Source of the DNA: a virus
Taxonomy: Duplodnaviria; Caudoviricetes
DNA: 64,000 nt
Strand: one strand, 5' to 3'
Virus record (IMG/VR): IMGVR_UViG_3300036762_000065
Span: 64,001 to 128,000 of that record
Translations under genes and position numbers: made by a program
Notes under the pieces: model-generated
What the model was told of the DNA's origin: nothing
Database searches by the model: none
The model's input: the letters and a program-made list of their open reading frames with translations, nothing else
Shown here: piece by piece, positions 48,768 to 58,400 of the stretch
How the letters are laid out: each line of letters begins with the position of its first letter
Position numbering within the stretch: position 1 is the stretch's first letter

Positions 48768-49112
48768 ATGGACAGTAAGCAAGAAGTTGATGTGTCTTAT
48801 TTAGTAGAACGAGTTGATTTTCCTGTATTAATTGTTCGCGGTGAAAATCAATTCGCAGAAGTTTTTAAGACTACTCAGAATTTCGTCAACTGGGCGCGAA
48901 AGCACAAAACATTTGTCCTTTATTTTGCTTTTGATAGCAATGTCACGGATGAATTATTTAAAACCATTAGATCCCCTTATATTGTTAGGCCGATCTACAT
49001 AGGTTATATTACACAAGACAAGAGAGAGCATGTTATATTGCGGTATGTAGATGCTATGCGCAAACAGTATGGTCCTATTAATATTCTCGATATAAAAGAT
49101 GTAGTTTTATAG
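48768..49112 (+). CDS. hypothetical protein
   Basis: GAGG RBS. Confidence 0.55.
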   Translation: MDSKQEVDVSYLVERVDFPVLIVRGENQFAEVFKTTQNFVNWARKHKTFVLYFAFDSNVTDELFKTIRSPYIVRPIYIGYITQDKREHVILRYVDAMRKQYGPINILDIKDVVL

Positions 49113-49120
49113 GAACACAC

Positions 49121-49612
49121 ATGAAATTAAACAACCTACTCAAGTCAAAAATAACTAAGAAAACTATTGTCGCGTATACTGACGGTAGTTGTATAGGTAA
49201 TCCTGGGTATGCCGGTTGGGGTGTTTATTTACACAGAACAAAGAACGGAAAGGGCCAGTCTCGTAGGCTTAGCGGTTCCCATCCTTGCGCAACAAACAAC
49301 ATGATGGAAATGCAAGGTGCTATCGAAGCATTGAAAGCGACTAAAAAGAACAATCACTTGGTTGTGTACACCGATAGTAAGTACGTGCAAAAAGGTATTA
49401 CTGAGTGGGTGTTCGGATGGGAAGCAAAGAACTATCGCAATGTAAAAAATGCCGACATGTGGAGAGAACTTAAAGCACTTACGGCAGGCAGACATATAAC
49501 TTGGCGTTGGGTAAAGGGGCATAGCGGCGTTGAAGGCAACGAGATAGCAGACAAACTTGCACGAACTGCCGCAGAAGATATACGAGATGCCGATATATGC
49601 AACGAACACTAA
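49121..49612 (+). CDS. rnhA: ribonuclease HI
   Basis: YTDGSC.GNPG..GWG, TNN.ME, TDS.YV..GITEW, VKN.D.W, WVKGHSG..GNE.AD.LA. Confidence 0.96.
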   Translation: MKLNNLLKSKITKKTIVAYTDGSCIGNPGYAGWGVYLHRTKNGKGQSRRLSGSHPCATNNMMEMQGAIEALKATKKNNHLVVYTDSKYVQKGITEWVFGWEAKNYRNVKNADMWRELKALTAGRHITWRWVKGHSGVEGNEIADKLARTAAEDIRDADICNEH

Positions 49613-49648
49613 CATTCATTTTATTAAATAACCTTATAAGGATACTAT

Positions 49649-49774
49649 ATGTCTAGTGCAGTTGATCAATTCGGTAAAGCACTTGCCTGTACACCCAACT
49701 ATTTAATCGTAGGTACACCTGCCTAGGATGAAGGCGGTACTCAGAGTGGTGTTGCACATAAATTCTCATTATAA
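49649..49774 (+). pseudogene. single FG-GAP-like repeat remnant with an internal TAG
   Basis: Translates as MSSAVDQFGKALACTPNYLIVGTPA*DEGGTQSGVAHKFSL*; AAGGA RBS. Confidence 0.55.
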
Positions 49775-49863
49775 GGAATAACTATGTTTATCAATCTAAT
49801 TATAGGAGTAAAGCTTTATATAAATAACTTTGAATCAATGTTAAACTCATAAGGCGGTGACTG

Positions 49864-50178
49864 ATGCAAGCGAATAACGTGGTTTCTATAAATTCTTTTT
49901 CTATAAACAGAACATTCAAGACAAGCAACTTTCAAGTTTGTATATCCAAAGAACGTCGGCGATTCAAAGGGGAATTTCGAACGGTATTTGAAGCAAGAAT
50001 ACACTTGAGAGCAGGTCGTTCTACAGAAAGAAAAACGTTTTTTAATATGAAGCCATTATGTAGCGGCATTAGTTTGTTAAGTCCTAAACTTGCTGTCAGA
50101 GAAGCATCAAAAACTTACAGAAAACTACACTCAATTATCAAAAAAGTAAACATAAGAGAAAGTAGACAAGAGGATTAA
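49864..50178 (+). CDS. hypothetical basic protein
   Basis: ORF abutting the next gene. Confidence 0.5.
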   Translation: MQANNVVSINSFSINRTFKTSNFQVCISKERRRFKGEFRTVFEARIHLRAGRSTERKTFFNMKPLCSGISLLSPKLAVREASKTYRKLHSIIKKVNIRESRQED

Positions 50179-51039
50179 ATGAAAAAGATTTGCATATATC
50201 ACGGCAATTGCGCAGACGGTTTTGCCGGTGCGTGGGTAGTAAAACAAAAGTTCGGGGAAGATGTTTTGTTTTATCCAGGGTTTTATTACGAACAGATACC
50301 TGATGTTAAAAACAAGGACGTTATAATTGTAGACTTTAGTTATAAGCTAGATGTGATGTTAGGTATTTGTAGAGATGCAAATAGTGTTGTTATTATTGAC
50401 CACCATAAGAGTGCTATAGAGGAACTCGAAGGTATCAATAACGTCATGGACAATATCGAGCTTGTGTTTAATACACAATACTCAGGTAGTATGTTAACCT
50501 GGGATTATTTCTTTCCTAATGAAAAATGTCCTATTTTGTTGGAGCACATACAAGATAGAGATTTGTGGCAATTCAAATTGAAAGGAACAAAAGAAATTCA
50601 AGCCTGTGTATTTTCTTATCCTTATGAGTTTTCTGTATGGACAAAACTCATGAATAGTAATATAGAAGATTTGTTTGAAGAAGGTGTTGCGATAAGTAGA
50701 AAACAATCAAAAGACATAAAGGAATTTTTAGAGCACACTAAGCACGAGTTGTACATAGACAAGCAAGTTGTACCTGCTGTGAATGTTCCTTATACTATGG
50801 GATCGGATGCTGCAAGTATACTTGCGTTAGATGCACCGTTTGCCGCTTACTACTTCGATACAGGAGAACATAGAGTATTTGGATTACGCTCTATTGTTGA
50901 TACAGGAACTGATGTACAAGCAATAGCAGTTAAGTACGGAGGCGGAGGGCACGAAAATGCAGCAGGGTTTAAAGTACCGTTATCAGAATTAGATCAGTTT
51001 AAGTTACCTGTATTGATACCGGAGCCGGAAACAGTTTAA
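50179..51039 (+). CDS. DHH/DHHA1 family phosphoesterase
   Basis: YH..C.DGF, VDFS, IDHH, QDRDLW, LRS and GGGGH..AAGF. Confidence 0.92.
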   Translation: MKKICIYHGNCADGFAGAWVVKQKFGEDVLFYPGFYYEQIPDVKNKDVIIVDFSYKLDVMLGICRDANSVVIIDHHKSAIEELEGINNVMDNIELVFNTQYSGSMLTWDYFFPNEKCPILLEHIQDRDLWQFKLKGTKEIQACVFSYPYEFSVWTKLMNSNIEDLFEEGVAISRKQSKDIKEFLEHTKHELYIDKQVVPAVNVPYTMGSDAASILALDAPFAAYYFDTGEHRVFGLRSIVDTGTDVQAIAVKYGGGGHENAAGFKVPLSELDQFKLPVLIPEPETV

Positions 51040-51055
51040 ACACACTTACTTAACT

Positions 51056-51079
51056 GGGTAGCTTTTGCTGCCCTTTTTT
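51056..51079 (+). terminator. intrinsic terminator
   Basis: gggtagc-tttt-gctgccc followed by T6. Confidence 0.8.
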
Positions 51080-51125
51080 ACGGCTCCTAAACGCTCCCGG
51101 CGCTCAAAACAAGCACCTGTGAGCG

Positions 51126-51154
51126 TTGTAAAACGGTATCGTATGTGTTATACT
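51126..51154 (+). promoter_or_regulatory. sigma70-type early promoter
   Basis: TTGTAA-17 nt-TATACT with an extended TGTG element, directly after a terminator. Confidence 0.65.
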
Positions 51155-51266
51155 AAAAGCGTAGAAACGTCAAAACCATGAATTCAATATATCGGTACCG
51201 ACAGTAAGAAACGTTCGGTTGGTACCGATTTTAAGTAACATTCAATTAAATATTCGGAGATTTACT

Positions 51267-51875
51267 ATGACTACTTCAACTGTTAAAGCTACTAACGCAA
51301 TCGACACTATCAAACTTGTTAACAGAAAAATTCGATTGAACTCAGGCGCGTTGGAAAAAATCACTTTCGCTAGTAGTCGTTCCGTGCGTACCGAAAGCGG
51401 TACGAGAATACTTGTTAAGAATGTTAAAGCGGTCGGCAGAAGCTTACGTGAATTACCAAGTGCGCCAGTTGTTGCTAAGAAATCAACTACAGGAAAAACT
51501 GCAATGACTGCAAAAACAACTGCGAAGGAAGTTGTAACTGCTCCTGTTGCGAAGAAAGCTCCTGTTGCGAAGAAAGCTCCTGTTGCTCCAAAAACACCAG
51601 TTATCACTAAAGCGCAAAAAGCAGAACAGGTTACAATCGCATTTAAAGAAGCGGCTGTTGCAATGCGTACCCAGCAACGTCAAGCAACATCATTGTTAAA
51701 CAAACAAGCTCGTTTAACTAAGCAGCAAATGGAATTGAGTGTTGCTGCTAAACAACTGGTTGCTAAAGAAACCGCTTTGTTTGAGGCTATGGAAGCAATT
51801 ACAGAAGCACATAAGGCAAACAAAACCATTACTGTTGCAATGTTCCGCAAGCTGAAAAAAGCAACACTAGCATAA
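51267..51875 (+). CDS. Lys/Ala/Thr-rich histone H1-like protein
   Basis: ATG 51267 after GGAG; APVAKK repeats (18-bp unit, 51540-51586). Confidence 0.7.
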   Translation: MTTSTVKATNAIDTIKLVNRKIRLNSGALEKITFASSRSVRTESGTRILVKNVKAVGRSLRELPSAPVVAKKSTTGKTAMTAKTTAKEVVTAPVAKKAPVAKKAPVAPKTPVITKAQKAEQVTIAFKEAAVAMRTQQRQATSLLNKQARLTKQQMELSVAAKQLVAKETALFEAMEAITEAHKANKTITVAMFRKLKKATLA

Positions 51876-51890
51876 ACTTTTTGAAATAAT

Positions 51891-51915
51891 ACGGCGCTTT
51901 CGGGCGCTGTTTCTT
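51891..51915 (+). terminator. intrinsic terminator with a UUCG loop
   Basis: acggcgct-ttcg-ggcgctgt-ttctt. Confidence 0.7.
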
Positions 51916-51928
51916 ATTGGAGATCATC

Positions 51929-52219
51929 ATGGCCCGTTCAACTAAAATCAACGTAGTTTTGTCAAACATTTTCAAATATGAATTCACACTATCTAACGGC
52001 ATTTTGCAGGAAGCGTTTGGTCTTGACGCAAATAAAAAACACCTATTTACAGGCAACACTGTTTATACGATGTTGAGAACAAACATGGTTGATTTTGTTC
52101 GTGCTATGGGGATACGCCAAACGTATTTTTTAATTGAAGAAGTTAAACAGTGTATTGATATATCAGGCGATGAATTAAACTCGTTTGATATCCTTATGCA
52201 TATAACGTTTTTTGAGTAG
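51929..52219 (+). CDS. hypothetical protein
   Basis: ATG after GGAG. Confidence 0.55.
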   Translation: MARSTKINVVLSNIFKYEFTLSNGILQEAFGLDANKKHLFTGNTVYTMLRTNMVDFVRAMGIRQTYFLIEEVKQCIDISGDELNSFDILMHITFFE

Positions 52220-52250
52220 AACTCACTGACAACAAATAAGGTAGGGTAAT

Positions 52251-52385
52251 ATGAAACTTTGTTCTATAGAAGGTTGTACAGGTAAAGGTCATGCTAAAGG
52301 TTTATGTCGTGAACATTATAAGGACTATAAGAGTAAGCGTTCGGATAATGTTGTAAAATTTTCCAGTGTTAAACGTAAAACCTGA
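52251..52385 (+). CDS. 44-aa C-x4-C-x9-C-x2-H zinc-finger microprotein (not in the ORF track)
   Basis: MKLCSIEGCTGKGHAKGLCREHYKDYKSKRSDNVVKFSSVKRKT; AGGTAGGG upstream. Confidence 0.7.
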   Translation: MKLCSIEGCTGKGHAKGLCREHYKDYKSKRSDNVVKFSSVKRKT

Positions 52386-52412
52386 AACTAATATCAATAG
52401 AAGGAAATAGAA

Positions 52413-52793
52413 ATGCTAGTTAAACAACACATGTATAAAGTTATTGAGTCCCTGCGTAACGACAAGGACTATCAATATTTCTCTTTAGAGGATGTTGATG
52501 AAGAAGGTCAGGAAACTCACATTTTTATAAACAAGGAAGTCGCAGTCTGTATAGACCTATGTTTAGATACAGGCAGTGTTTCTATGGAGACAATAGAACC
52601 TGTTAAAAGGAAACGTGAACTAGATGCGGACACTAGACTGTTGGAAGAAGAATTAAAACATCTAGGTATGATTAAAGAAACACGACCTAAATCTAGGTGG
52701 TATCATCTTGTTAAGAAATATGACCTATTGTTCGATACTTATACAGATTATCCCAATATCAATGCCTTGGTAGAGTACCTTATTAATCCCTGA
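52413..52793 (+). CDS. hypothetical protein
   Basis: AAGGA RBS. Confidence 0.6.
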   Translation: MLVKQHMYKVIESLRNDKDYQYFSLEDVDEEGQETHIFINKEVAVCIDLCLDTGSVSMETIEPVKRKRELDADTRLLEEELKHLGMIKETRPKSRWYHLVKKYDLLFDTYTDYPNINALVEYLINP

Positions 52794-52806
52794 ATAGGAA
52801 ATTATT

Positions 52807-53226
52807 ATGAGCATATCAAATGGCCCTGTAAAAACTTTACCCGGCACAGTACATAAGTCTACTTCTGCAACTTGCGATTTTTGTGATGAGCCTTCTGTAT
52901 GTAGCATTCAAGGAGAAACAGATTCGTTTGGGGCAGAGTACAATGATGTTTGTGCCACACACAAGGCAGAGTTTGCCGAATCTAAAATTGAAGGTATGTG
53001 TGACTTCTGCAAAAAAGAGGATGATGACTTGTGTGTTACCCGCGATCCCGATGAAGGTCAAGCAGGTCCTGTATATTATGTTTGCGGCCCTTGCATAACA
53101 AAACAACGTGAGGCTATTGCTAAAGAACTGGCACAAGAAGACTACGGCGAGTATGAGGAAGAATATTATGAAGATGGTGGTTATGAAGAATGGTTAGACG
53201 AATGCAATGAAGAGGAATTAAAGTGA
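52807..53226 (+). CDS. Cys-rich zinc-binding protein with an acidic tail
   Basis: CDFC twice, CATH and CGPC; E/D/Y-rich C-terminus. Confidence 0.65.
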   Translation: MSISNGPVKTLPGTVHKSTSATCDFCDEPSVCSIQGETDSFGAEYNDVCATHKAEFAESKIEGMCDFCKKEDDDLCVTRDPDEGQAGPVYYVCGPCITKQREAIAKELAQEDYGEYEEEYYEDGGYEEWLDECNEEELK

Positions 53227-53296
53227 AATTTATTGCATCGGCACGTACAAGTAACTGCGTGCCGGTTAAATATTGTAAATAATAGATAATGAGGAA

Positions 53297-53782
53297 ATGA
53301 CTATGAACTATATTGTAACTTTAAAGTATTTACCAACCGCAGACGAATTGGATGCAGAACTATTAACCGCAGAATTATTAGTTGAATTATTTGGGGGTAA
53401 TAAGAACGTAGTGGGTTCTATGGAAGAAAGTAAGGATGCAGTTTATGTTGACGGTTGGTACTTACCTACTGACGCTCCGTGGTTGAGCATGAGTCAAAAG
53501 GATAGCGATGCAACGTTAATAGCAAAAGCAGTAACACGGATAATGGAACGCTATGAAAATGGCTTTGATAAGCAAAAATATGACCAAGCAGTCGAGAATA
53601 ATCCTAACTCCCTTATTTCACGTACTCCCTTTTATACAGTACCTAAAATTGATATACTAGGCGAGGTCTGCAAGGAACTTAGCCTTGATAACCAATTACA
53701 AACGTTGATCGGTATGTTGATAACAGAAATACCCCGTGAAGCTACCCACTGGGCTAGTGACTGGAACGATGAGAGTTTCTAA
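53297..53782 (+). CDS. hypothetical protein
   Basis: GAGG RBS; TGTAAATA upstream. Confidence 0.6.
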   Translation: MTMNYIVTLKYLPTADELDAELLTAELLVELFGGNKNVVGSMEESKDAVYVDGWYLPTDAPWLSMSQKDSDATLIAKAVTRIMERYENGFDKQKYDQAVENNPNSLISRTPFYTVPKIDILGEVCKELSLDNQLQTLIGMLITEIPREATHWASDWNDESF

Positions 53783-53819
53783 CACACCACTATAATTGTA
53801 AACGAATGAGGTAATAGAA

Positions 53820-54140
53820 ATGAATAATGTACCGCAGTTAGACTTATCAAAAACATTCACTGAAGACGATGTGGCTAATTTTATATCCCAACTCGATGAT
53901 AGCGATTACAGGCAGGTTCGAGTAACAAAAGAAGGAATGGCTTATCTGAGTTCGGAATCAACTATGGGTATAGGTACACAAGTATCGGACAAGAGTATGT
54001 TATTTACTTTAGAAATCTGGTGCCGAGGAACCAAACATGTAGGTACTGAGGCAGCACAAGATCAAGATTGGGTAAAGTTTCTAACCAAGTCCTTACGTAA
54101 TTATATGAAACACCCAGAACAGTGTGAACAGGATAAATAA
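53820..54140 (+). CDS. hypothetical protein
   Basis: GAGG RBS; TGTAAAC upstream. Confidence 0.6.
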   Translation: MNNVPQLDLSKTFTEDDVANFISQLDDSDYRQVRVTKEGMAYLSSESTMGIGTQVSDKSMLFTLEIWCRGTKHVGTEAAQDQDWVKFLTKSLRNYMKHPEQCEQDK

Positions 54141-54240
54141 CATGAAGACCTTGAGTGTCATTGATACAGCAAAACATTCTAAAGCAGTACTAACTATGTC
54201 TATACTATCACACTTAAGGACCTAACACGCAGGTGGTACT

Positions 54241-54504
54241 ATGAACAATGAAAACAAACTAGATCAGGCTATTATGGCAGCCTATCACCTAAGTGATAAG
54301 ATAGTGTCATATGATACACAGGTCATGAATGAGATAGCAGAAGGTGCCTATGAATATGAACTACGTGTTTTAATGTTTGTAAACGCCAACAATAAAATAC
54401 CTTATAAACTAAAGCAACTAGAGGATGCTCACATAATAGGTGTAACTAAAGAATTTAGGTCTGTTATCTTTAGAGCCTATGCAAAGAAACTTATTAATAC
54501 TTAA
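54241..54504 (+). CDS. hypothetical protein
   Basis: AGGTGG RBS. Confidence 0.55.
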   Translation: MNNENKLDQAIMAAYHLSDKIVSYDTQVMNEIAEGAYEYELRVLMFVNANNKIPYKLKQLEDAHIIGVTKEFRSVIFRAYAKKLINT

Positions 54505-54567
54505 GGTGACTACAGTTATCAGACAAGAAAGTTGCAATTGTATGTATAATAGTATAAGGGGTAAATA

Positions 54568-54945
54568 ATGAAAAGACAACCAGATTTTTGTAACCCGCAA
54601 CAACTTCATCAGCGTATACCAGAACTTAGATATGATAGAGGCGCTCATAAAGAACCAGGGCCTGAACAAGAGCACGGTACAGTTAAGGTGTGGACAAAGG
54701 AAGAGATAGCAGGTGTTAGTGCAGTCTCTAATAAGATAGCCACCCCTGTCTTTGTACGTAAAGCTATAACAGACCTGGGTCGTAATGTAGAGCTTAACTA
54801 TAAATACAGCAAGCATTTTATAAAGGGGATTATATTTATAGAACTTAACGGTATGGTTGTATTTAGAGGTGATATTGAACGTACTGAGTCCGAAATACAA
54901 GAACTCATAGCAGAAGCACTAAGTCCGAACAAAATATTATTGTAA
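54568..54945 (+). CDS. hypothetical protein
   Basis: AAGGGG RBS. Confidence 0.55.
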   Translation: MKRQPDFCNPQQLHQRIPELRYDRGAHKEPGPEQEHGTVKVWTKEEIAGVSAVSNKIATPVFVRKAITDLGRNVELNYKYSKHFIKGIIFIELNGMVVFRGDIERTESEIQELIAEALSPNKILL

Positions 54946-55093
54946 ATTATATGCGGCTGTAAATGAAATACAAATCAAATATAGTGCTAAACACCATAGT
55001 TACTGAATATTTGTGTGATGTTATTGATTGCAGTGGTGAGCAAGCTAGGTTATAGTAAGTAACAGAAAGAATCTTAAATAAAAAAGGTATATA

Positions 55094-55345
55094 ATGTTTG
55101 CAAGAAAAATAAGCATGACCCCAACAAAGTTGGAAGTAGGTATAAAGATAACTACCTATATTGATGACGATGAGCGCCAAGTAATAGTAGATATGTTAGG
55201 TACAAAGGTAGCTTATGGTTTTGATGAACTCATCAAAGAAGCACCAGATGCTTTCGAGACCTGCGCTTCTTTGAGGGCTTACGCGCACAGTAAGTTTTTA
55301 CTGGCAATTGCAGAGAAGGTAGGTGAACTTACGTCCTGTCTGTAA
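55094..55345 (+). CDS. hypothetical protein
   Basis: AAGGT RBS. Confidence 0.55.
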   Translation: MFARKISMTPTKLEVGIKITTYIDDDERQVIVDMLGTKVAYGFDELIKEAPDAFETCASLRAYAHSKFLLAIAEKVGELTSCL

Positions 55346-55389
55346 ATAATACAGTAGGTGTATTAAAACGGTCTGTACATGATAAATAA

Positions 55390-55587
55390 ATGGGAACTAA
55401 AATGGAAATAAATACTATAGGTAAAGCATTCAATACAGCTATTGATTTTTCAATAACCATAGACAAAGAATACCCAGGCTCTGGTATAGAGTTCTTGAGG
55501 TTGTGGCGCGAAGGGAGCTGGTCTGAAATTAAAAAGGAGTTTCCTGAATTCGACTTGGATTCAGTACAGGCTTTCTTAGTAAGGTAG
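55390..55587 (+). CDS. hypothetical protein
   Basis: FLRLWREG.W.EI..EFPEF small phage-type domain. Confidence 0.55.
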   Translation: MGTKMEINTIGKAFNTAIDFSITIDKEYPGSGIEFLRLWREGSWSEIKKEFPEFDLDSVQAFLVR

Positions 55588-55622
55588 TTATGGCCTTATA
55601 TAAACACTAAAGGTTAATAAAT

Positions 55623-56159
55623 ATGAACAAACGTCTAGTGGAACATGTGTACGACTATGTAACCTTAAATAGACCTACATTAGAGAATGTAGCAGGCAAT
55701 CTACTAACAAGCACCCTTATGCTCTATATAGAGGAAGGTGTTGGTATATTAATACTAGATACACCTTCCTCTATATTGGAATATGTTAAGTACTGCGTTA
55801 GTAAGGCTGACGGTAGGGATGAAGGGCCTAGATCAGTAGCTAGGACTAAGGTATACAAACAAAGTGCTAGTGTGACAATACAAAAAGGTATGAATTTATT
55901 AGAGTTTAACGTCAAGGTCTCTACACAAAAGAAACGTGCAGCCTACAGATTTAAAAAGTACCTAGAGTCATTCAACCTAGAGACTAAGAAAGTAGAAGAT
56001 TTTGTTTATAAGGCGAAGCAAATGAACTTTTCGAGGTTAGTCAAGGAAACGGCGGTTCAAATACAACAAGGTACTGATACTGAAAAAGTATTGGCCGACT
56101 TTGCCAATATACTAATGTCTAATCCTAAGAAGTATTGGACAGAGAACATACCTACGTAA
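55623..56159 (+). CDS. hypothetical protein
   Basis: AAGG RBS. Confidence 0.6.
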   Translation: MNKRLVEHVYDYVTLNRPTLENVAGNLLTSTLMLYIEEGVGILILDTPSSILEYVKYCVSKADGRDEGPRSVARTKVYKQSASVTIQKGMNLLEFNVKVSTQKKRAAYRFKKYLESFNLETKKVEDFVYKAKQMNFSRLVKETAVQIQQGTDTEKVLADFANILMSNPKKYWTENIPT

Positions 56160-56172
56160 ACTAAGGATTCGT

Positions 56173-56475
56173 ATGCGTGTAAGATACAGGTATTTAAAAA
56201 GTAGTAAAGCCGCGGCAATAGATTATATAAATGAGCACAAACAATCAGGAACAGATACAGACTTAACTATTTGGCTAATACGTAAATTGAAGTTGAGCCA
56301 TATATCTATAAACAATGAAGGTAACTTTGAAATTGCTAAAGCCGATTATGCAGTGTCTAGGCTATGGCTGAAGATTCCAATACCTATAGACAAGTACCCT
56401 TGTATGTATATGCCTAAGGGGTTTATGTTTACTAACAGATTTACTTTCCGTAAGCATAATAAATCGGAGAATTAA
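56173..56475 (+). CDS. hypothetical protein
   Basis: AAGGA RBS. Confidence 0.55.
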   Translation: MRVRYRYLKSSKAAAIDYINEHKQSGTDTDLTIWLIRKLKLSHISINNEGNFEIAKADYAVSRLWLKIPIPIDKYPCMYMPKGFMFTNRFTFRKHNKSEN

Positions 56476-56476
56476 C

Positions 56477-56923
56477 ATGACCCGAGTTAACACACTAGAT
56501 CCTAAGTATCTTCTTGACCAACACTTATTAGCTGAGTATAAGGAGATAACAAGAATCTTTGGTTATTCCAGAGATTATGGGCATAGGCTTAGTACTAATG
56601 ATATTCCAAATGAGTATGTTTTAGGAACAGGTCATGTTAAGTTCTTTTCCAATAAACTTAAGTATTGTCTATATAGGTATAAAAAACTCCAGTTAGAATT
56701 AACTATACGGGGGTTCCAAATAAACCCAGTTTCCTTAAAGGACTTATGTGAGGGTATAGACAAAAGACTATTCGAGTACTGGACACCAGGCGCTAAAGCT
56801 CGCATAACCTGTGCCGATAGAATAATAGATAGGCTTACAAACACTAAAGCACCTTTAAAGTATAAGTCAGAACTGATTAATTTAGATGAGGCTATTGATA
56901 TTACTTATAAAGGTTTATTGTAA
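56477..56923 (+). CDS. denV: pyrimidine dimer DNA glycosylase / T4 endonuclease V
   Basis: MTRVN (Thr2), L.DQHL.AEY.EI.R.F (catalytic Glu), Y.LGTGHV.FF..KL.Y...RY..L..E...RGF. Confidence 0.93.
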   Translation: MTRVNTLDPKYLLDQHLLAEYKEITRIFGYSRDYGHRLSTNDIPNEYVLGTGHVKFFSNKLKYCLYRYKKLQLELTIRGFQINPVSLKDLCEGIDKRLFEYWTPGAKARITCADRIIDRLTNTKAPLKYKSELINLDEAIDITYKGLL

Positions 56924-56989
56924 ATAGTAGTAGTAGTAGTAGTGTAAAATGAGTAAATTCCCACTACACAATAACTATTGGGGTTCAAT

Positions 56990-57235
56990 ATGTACTTGCA
57001 AAAACTTAAGCTATTATTCAAATACGGGCCTGAACTGGAAACCTTGCTAGAAGACTTGAAAAGGAAAAAGGAGCAGGAAGAATTTAAATCAAAGGCCGGA
57101 GTCTTAAACCTTTGCTATGCACACAGGCAGGAGGAGTACCGTAGTCATTATTCGACTCACAATTGCGACTACTGTAAACTAGAGGCTAGGATTATAGAGT
57201 TAGAACAGGCCCTAACGAATTCTGTAAACAAATAA
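56990..57235 (+). CDS. hypothetical protein with Cys/His motifs
   Basis: ORF with C..H...H...CDYC. Confidence 0.5.
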   Translation: MYLQKLKLLFKYGPELETLLEDLKRKKEQEEFKSKAGVLNLCYAHRQEEYRSHYSTHNCDYCKLEARIIELEQALTNSVNK

Positions 57236-57255
57236 TAATGTAAATAGGTGTTGTT

Positions 57256-57642
57256 ATGGAAACAACTAAAAAAATTGTTTGTATGTGCTGCAATGCGCTT
57301 TTTGTAAACACTGTAGATAATTTTATACCTATATGTACTTTTTGTAAGGTACAGATAAAAGAATACCGTGTGGTGTTTAGTACTGTCTGTAAAGGTTCAA
57401 TACCGACACTGTGCTCAAAGACAGAATCGTTTGTTGAAAATCCTGATGCGCCTATAAGAGTAGCTTTGCCTGTAAGTACGCCTAAGAAACGTATAAGGGC
57501 GGAAGTACCGGTAAAATCGCCTACGCATACGTACGGAAAAAAGAAAAGTAAGATTGTCTATAAAAAAGCATGTGATTTATCTATAGACAAGTCTGATATA
57601 GATAAATCGAATTGTAATAAATTTTTATTAGGTAAACGTTAA
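57256..57642 (+). CDS. hypothetical zinc-ribbon protein
   Basis: CMCC...CTFC; AGGTG RBS. Confidence 0.5.
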   Translation: METTKKIVCMCCNALFVNTVDNFIPICTFCKVQIKEYRVVFSTVCKGSIPTLCSKTESFVENPDAPIRVALPVSTPKKRIRAEVPVKSPTHTYGKKKSKIVYKKACDLSIDKSDIDKSNCNKFLLGKR

Positions 57643-57658
57643 TATACGGGGATAAAAA

Positions 57659-58075
57659 ATGATTGATGCATTGTTATTATTGAACTTAGCAAAACTCGTT
57701 GAAAAGACAATAGAGCAAGAGGAGCCTGATTTAGAACGTTTGAAAGAAGGCCTTAAAGTTATAAGGTCTGCTTGTGCTGTGGATAAGTTTAGCGATCAGC
57801 ATGTCCAACACATAGGTCTAAGTGTAGGTAAGTTGTTAGTAGATAGCAATACAAGTAGTGGGGTGTTTATAACAGACACAGAAACAAATGCAACATTTCG
57901 ATTTGAGCCGAGCGCAGGTTCCGTTACCTTGATATTCAGTAACGATATTTTTGCTAGGCCTTTGACTGTAAACGGGTTAAGTGCATTTAAACTGTCCAAA
58001 CTGTCGAGTAGTGAAGAACTTAAAGATAGACTTAGATTTTTAGAACGTAAAGTAAGACTATGCTCCCAAAACTAA
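57659..58075 (+). CDS. hypothetical protein
   Basis: GGGGA RBS. Confidence 0.55.
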   Translation: MIDALLLLNLAKLVEKTIEQEEPDLERLKEGLKVIRSACAVDKFSDQHVQHIGLSVGKLLVDSNTSSGVFITDTETNATFRFEPSAGSVTLIFSNDIFARPLTVNGLSAFKLSKLSSSEELKDRLRFLERKVRLCSQN

Positions 58076-58082
58076 ACAACGT

Positions 58083-58400
58083 ATGACTGTAAATAAAATA
58101 ATAAAGGGCTTAACTATGTGTTTGACTGATATGCGAGAAATTGACCTTAAAGATATCATATTTCTAACAGAGCATGAACTTAAAAGGTTTGAAGGAAGCG
58201 TTTCTAAAGAAATTCTTATTATGCGCATAAAGAAAAAAGAGATCCTGACTAAAACGTCAAATGTAGAATTGTTGAAGTTGAAAGAAGTAGGTAACACTGT
58301 AACAAATTTGAACAGGTACATGGCTGCTACGTCTAAGCGCAAATTAGTACAAGCAGTTAAAGACCATTACTTAAATATAGGCCTTGAGGGCGTATCGTGA
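58083..58400 (+). CDS. hypothetical protein
   Basis: ORF in a co-oriented gene run. Confidence 0.5.
   Translation: MTVNKIIKGLTMCLTDMREIDLKDIIFLTEHELKRFEGSVSKEILIMRIKKKEILTKTSNVELLKLKEVGNTVTNLNRYMAATSKRKLVQAVKDHYLNIGLEGVS

Noticed and set aside
54946-55093. tRNA or other RNA gene in the intergenic gaps of the early region
   Set aside because: No cloverleaf or T-loop (GTTCRA) signature was recognised by eye; tRNAscan-SE would be decisive.
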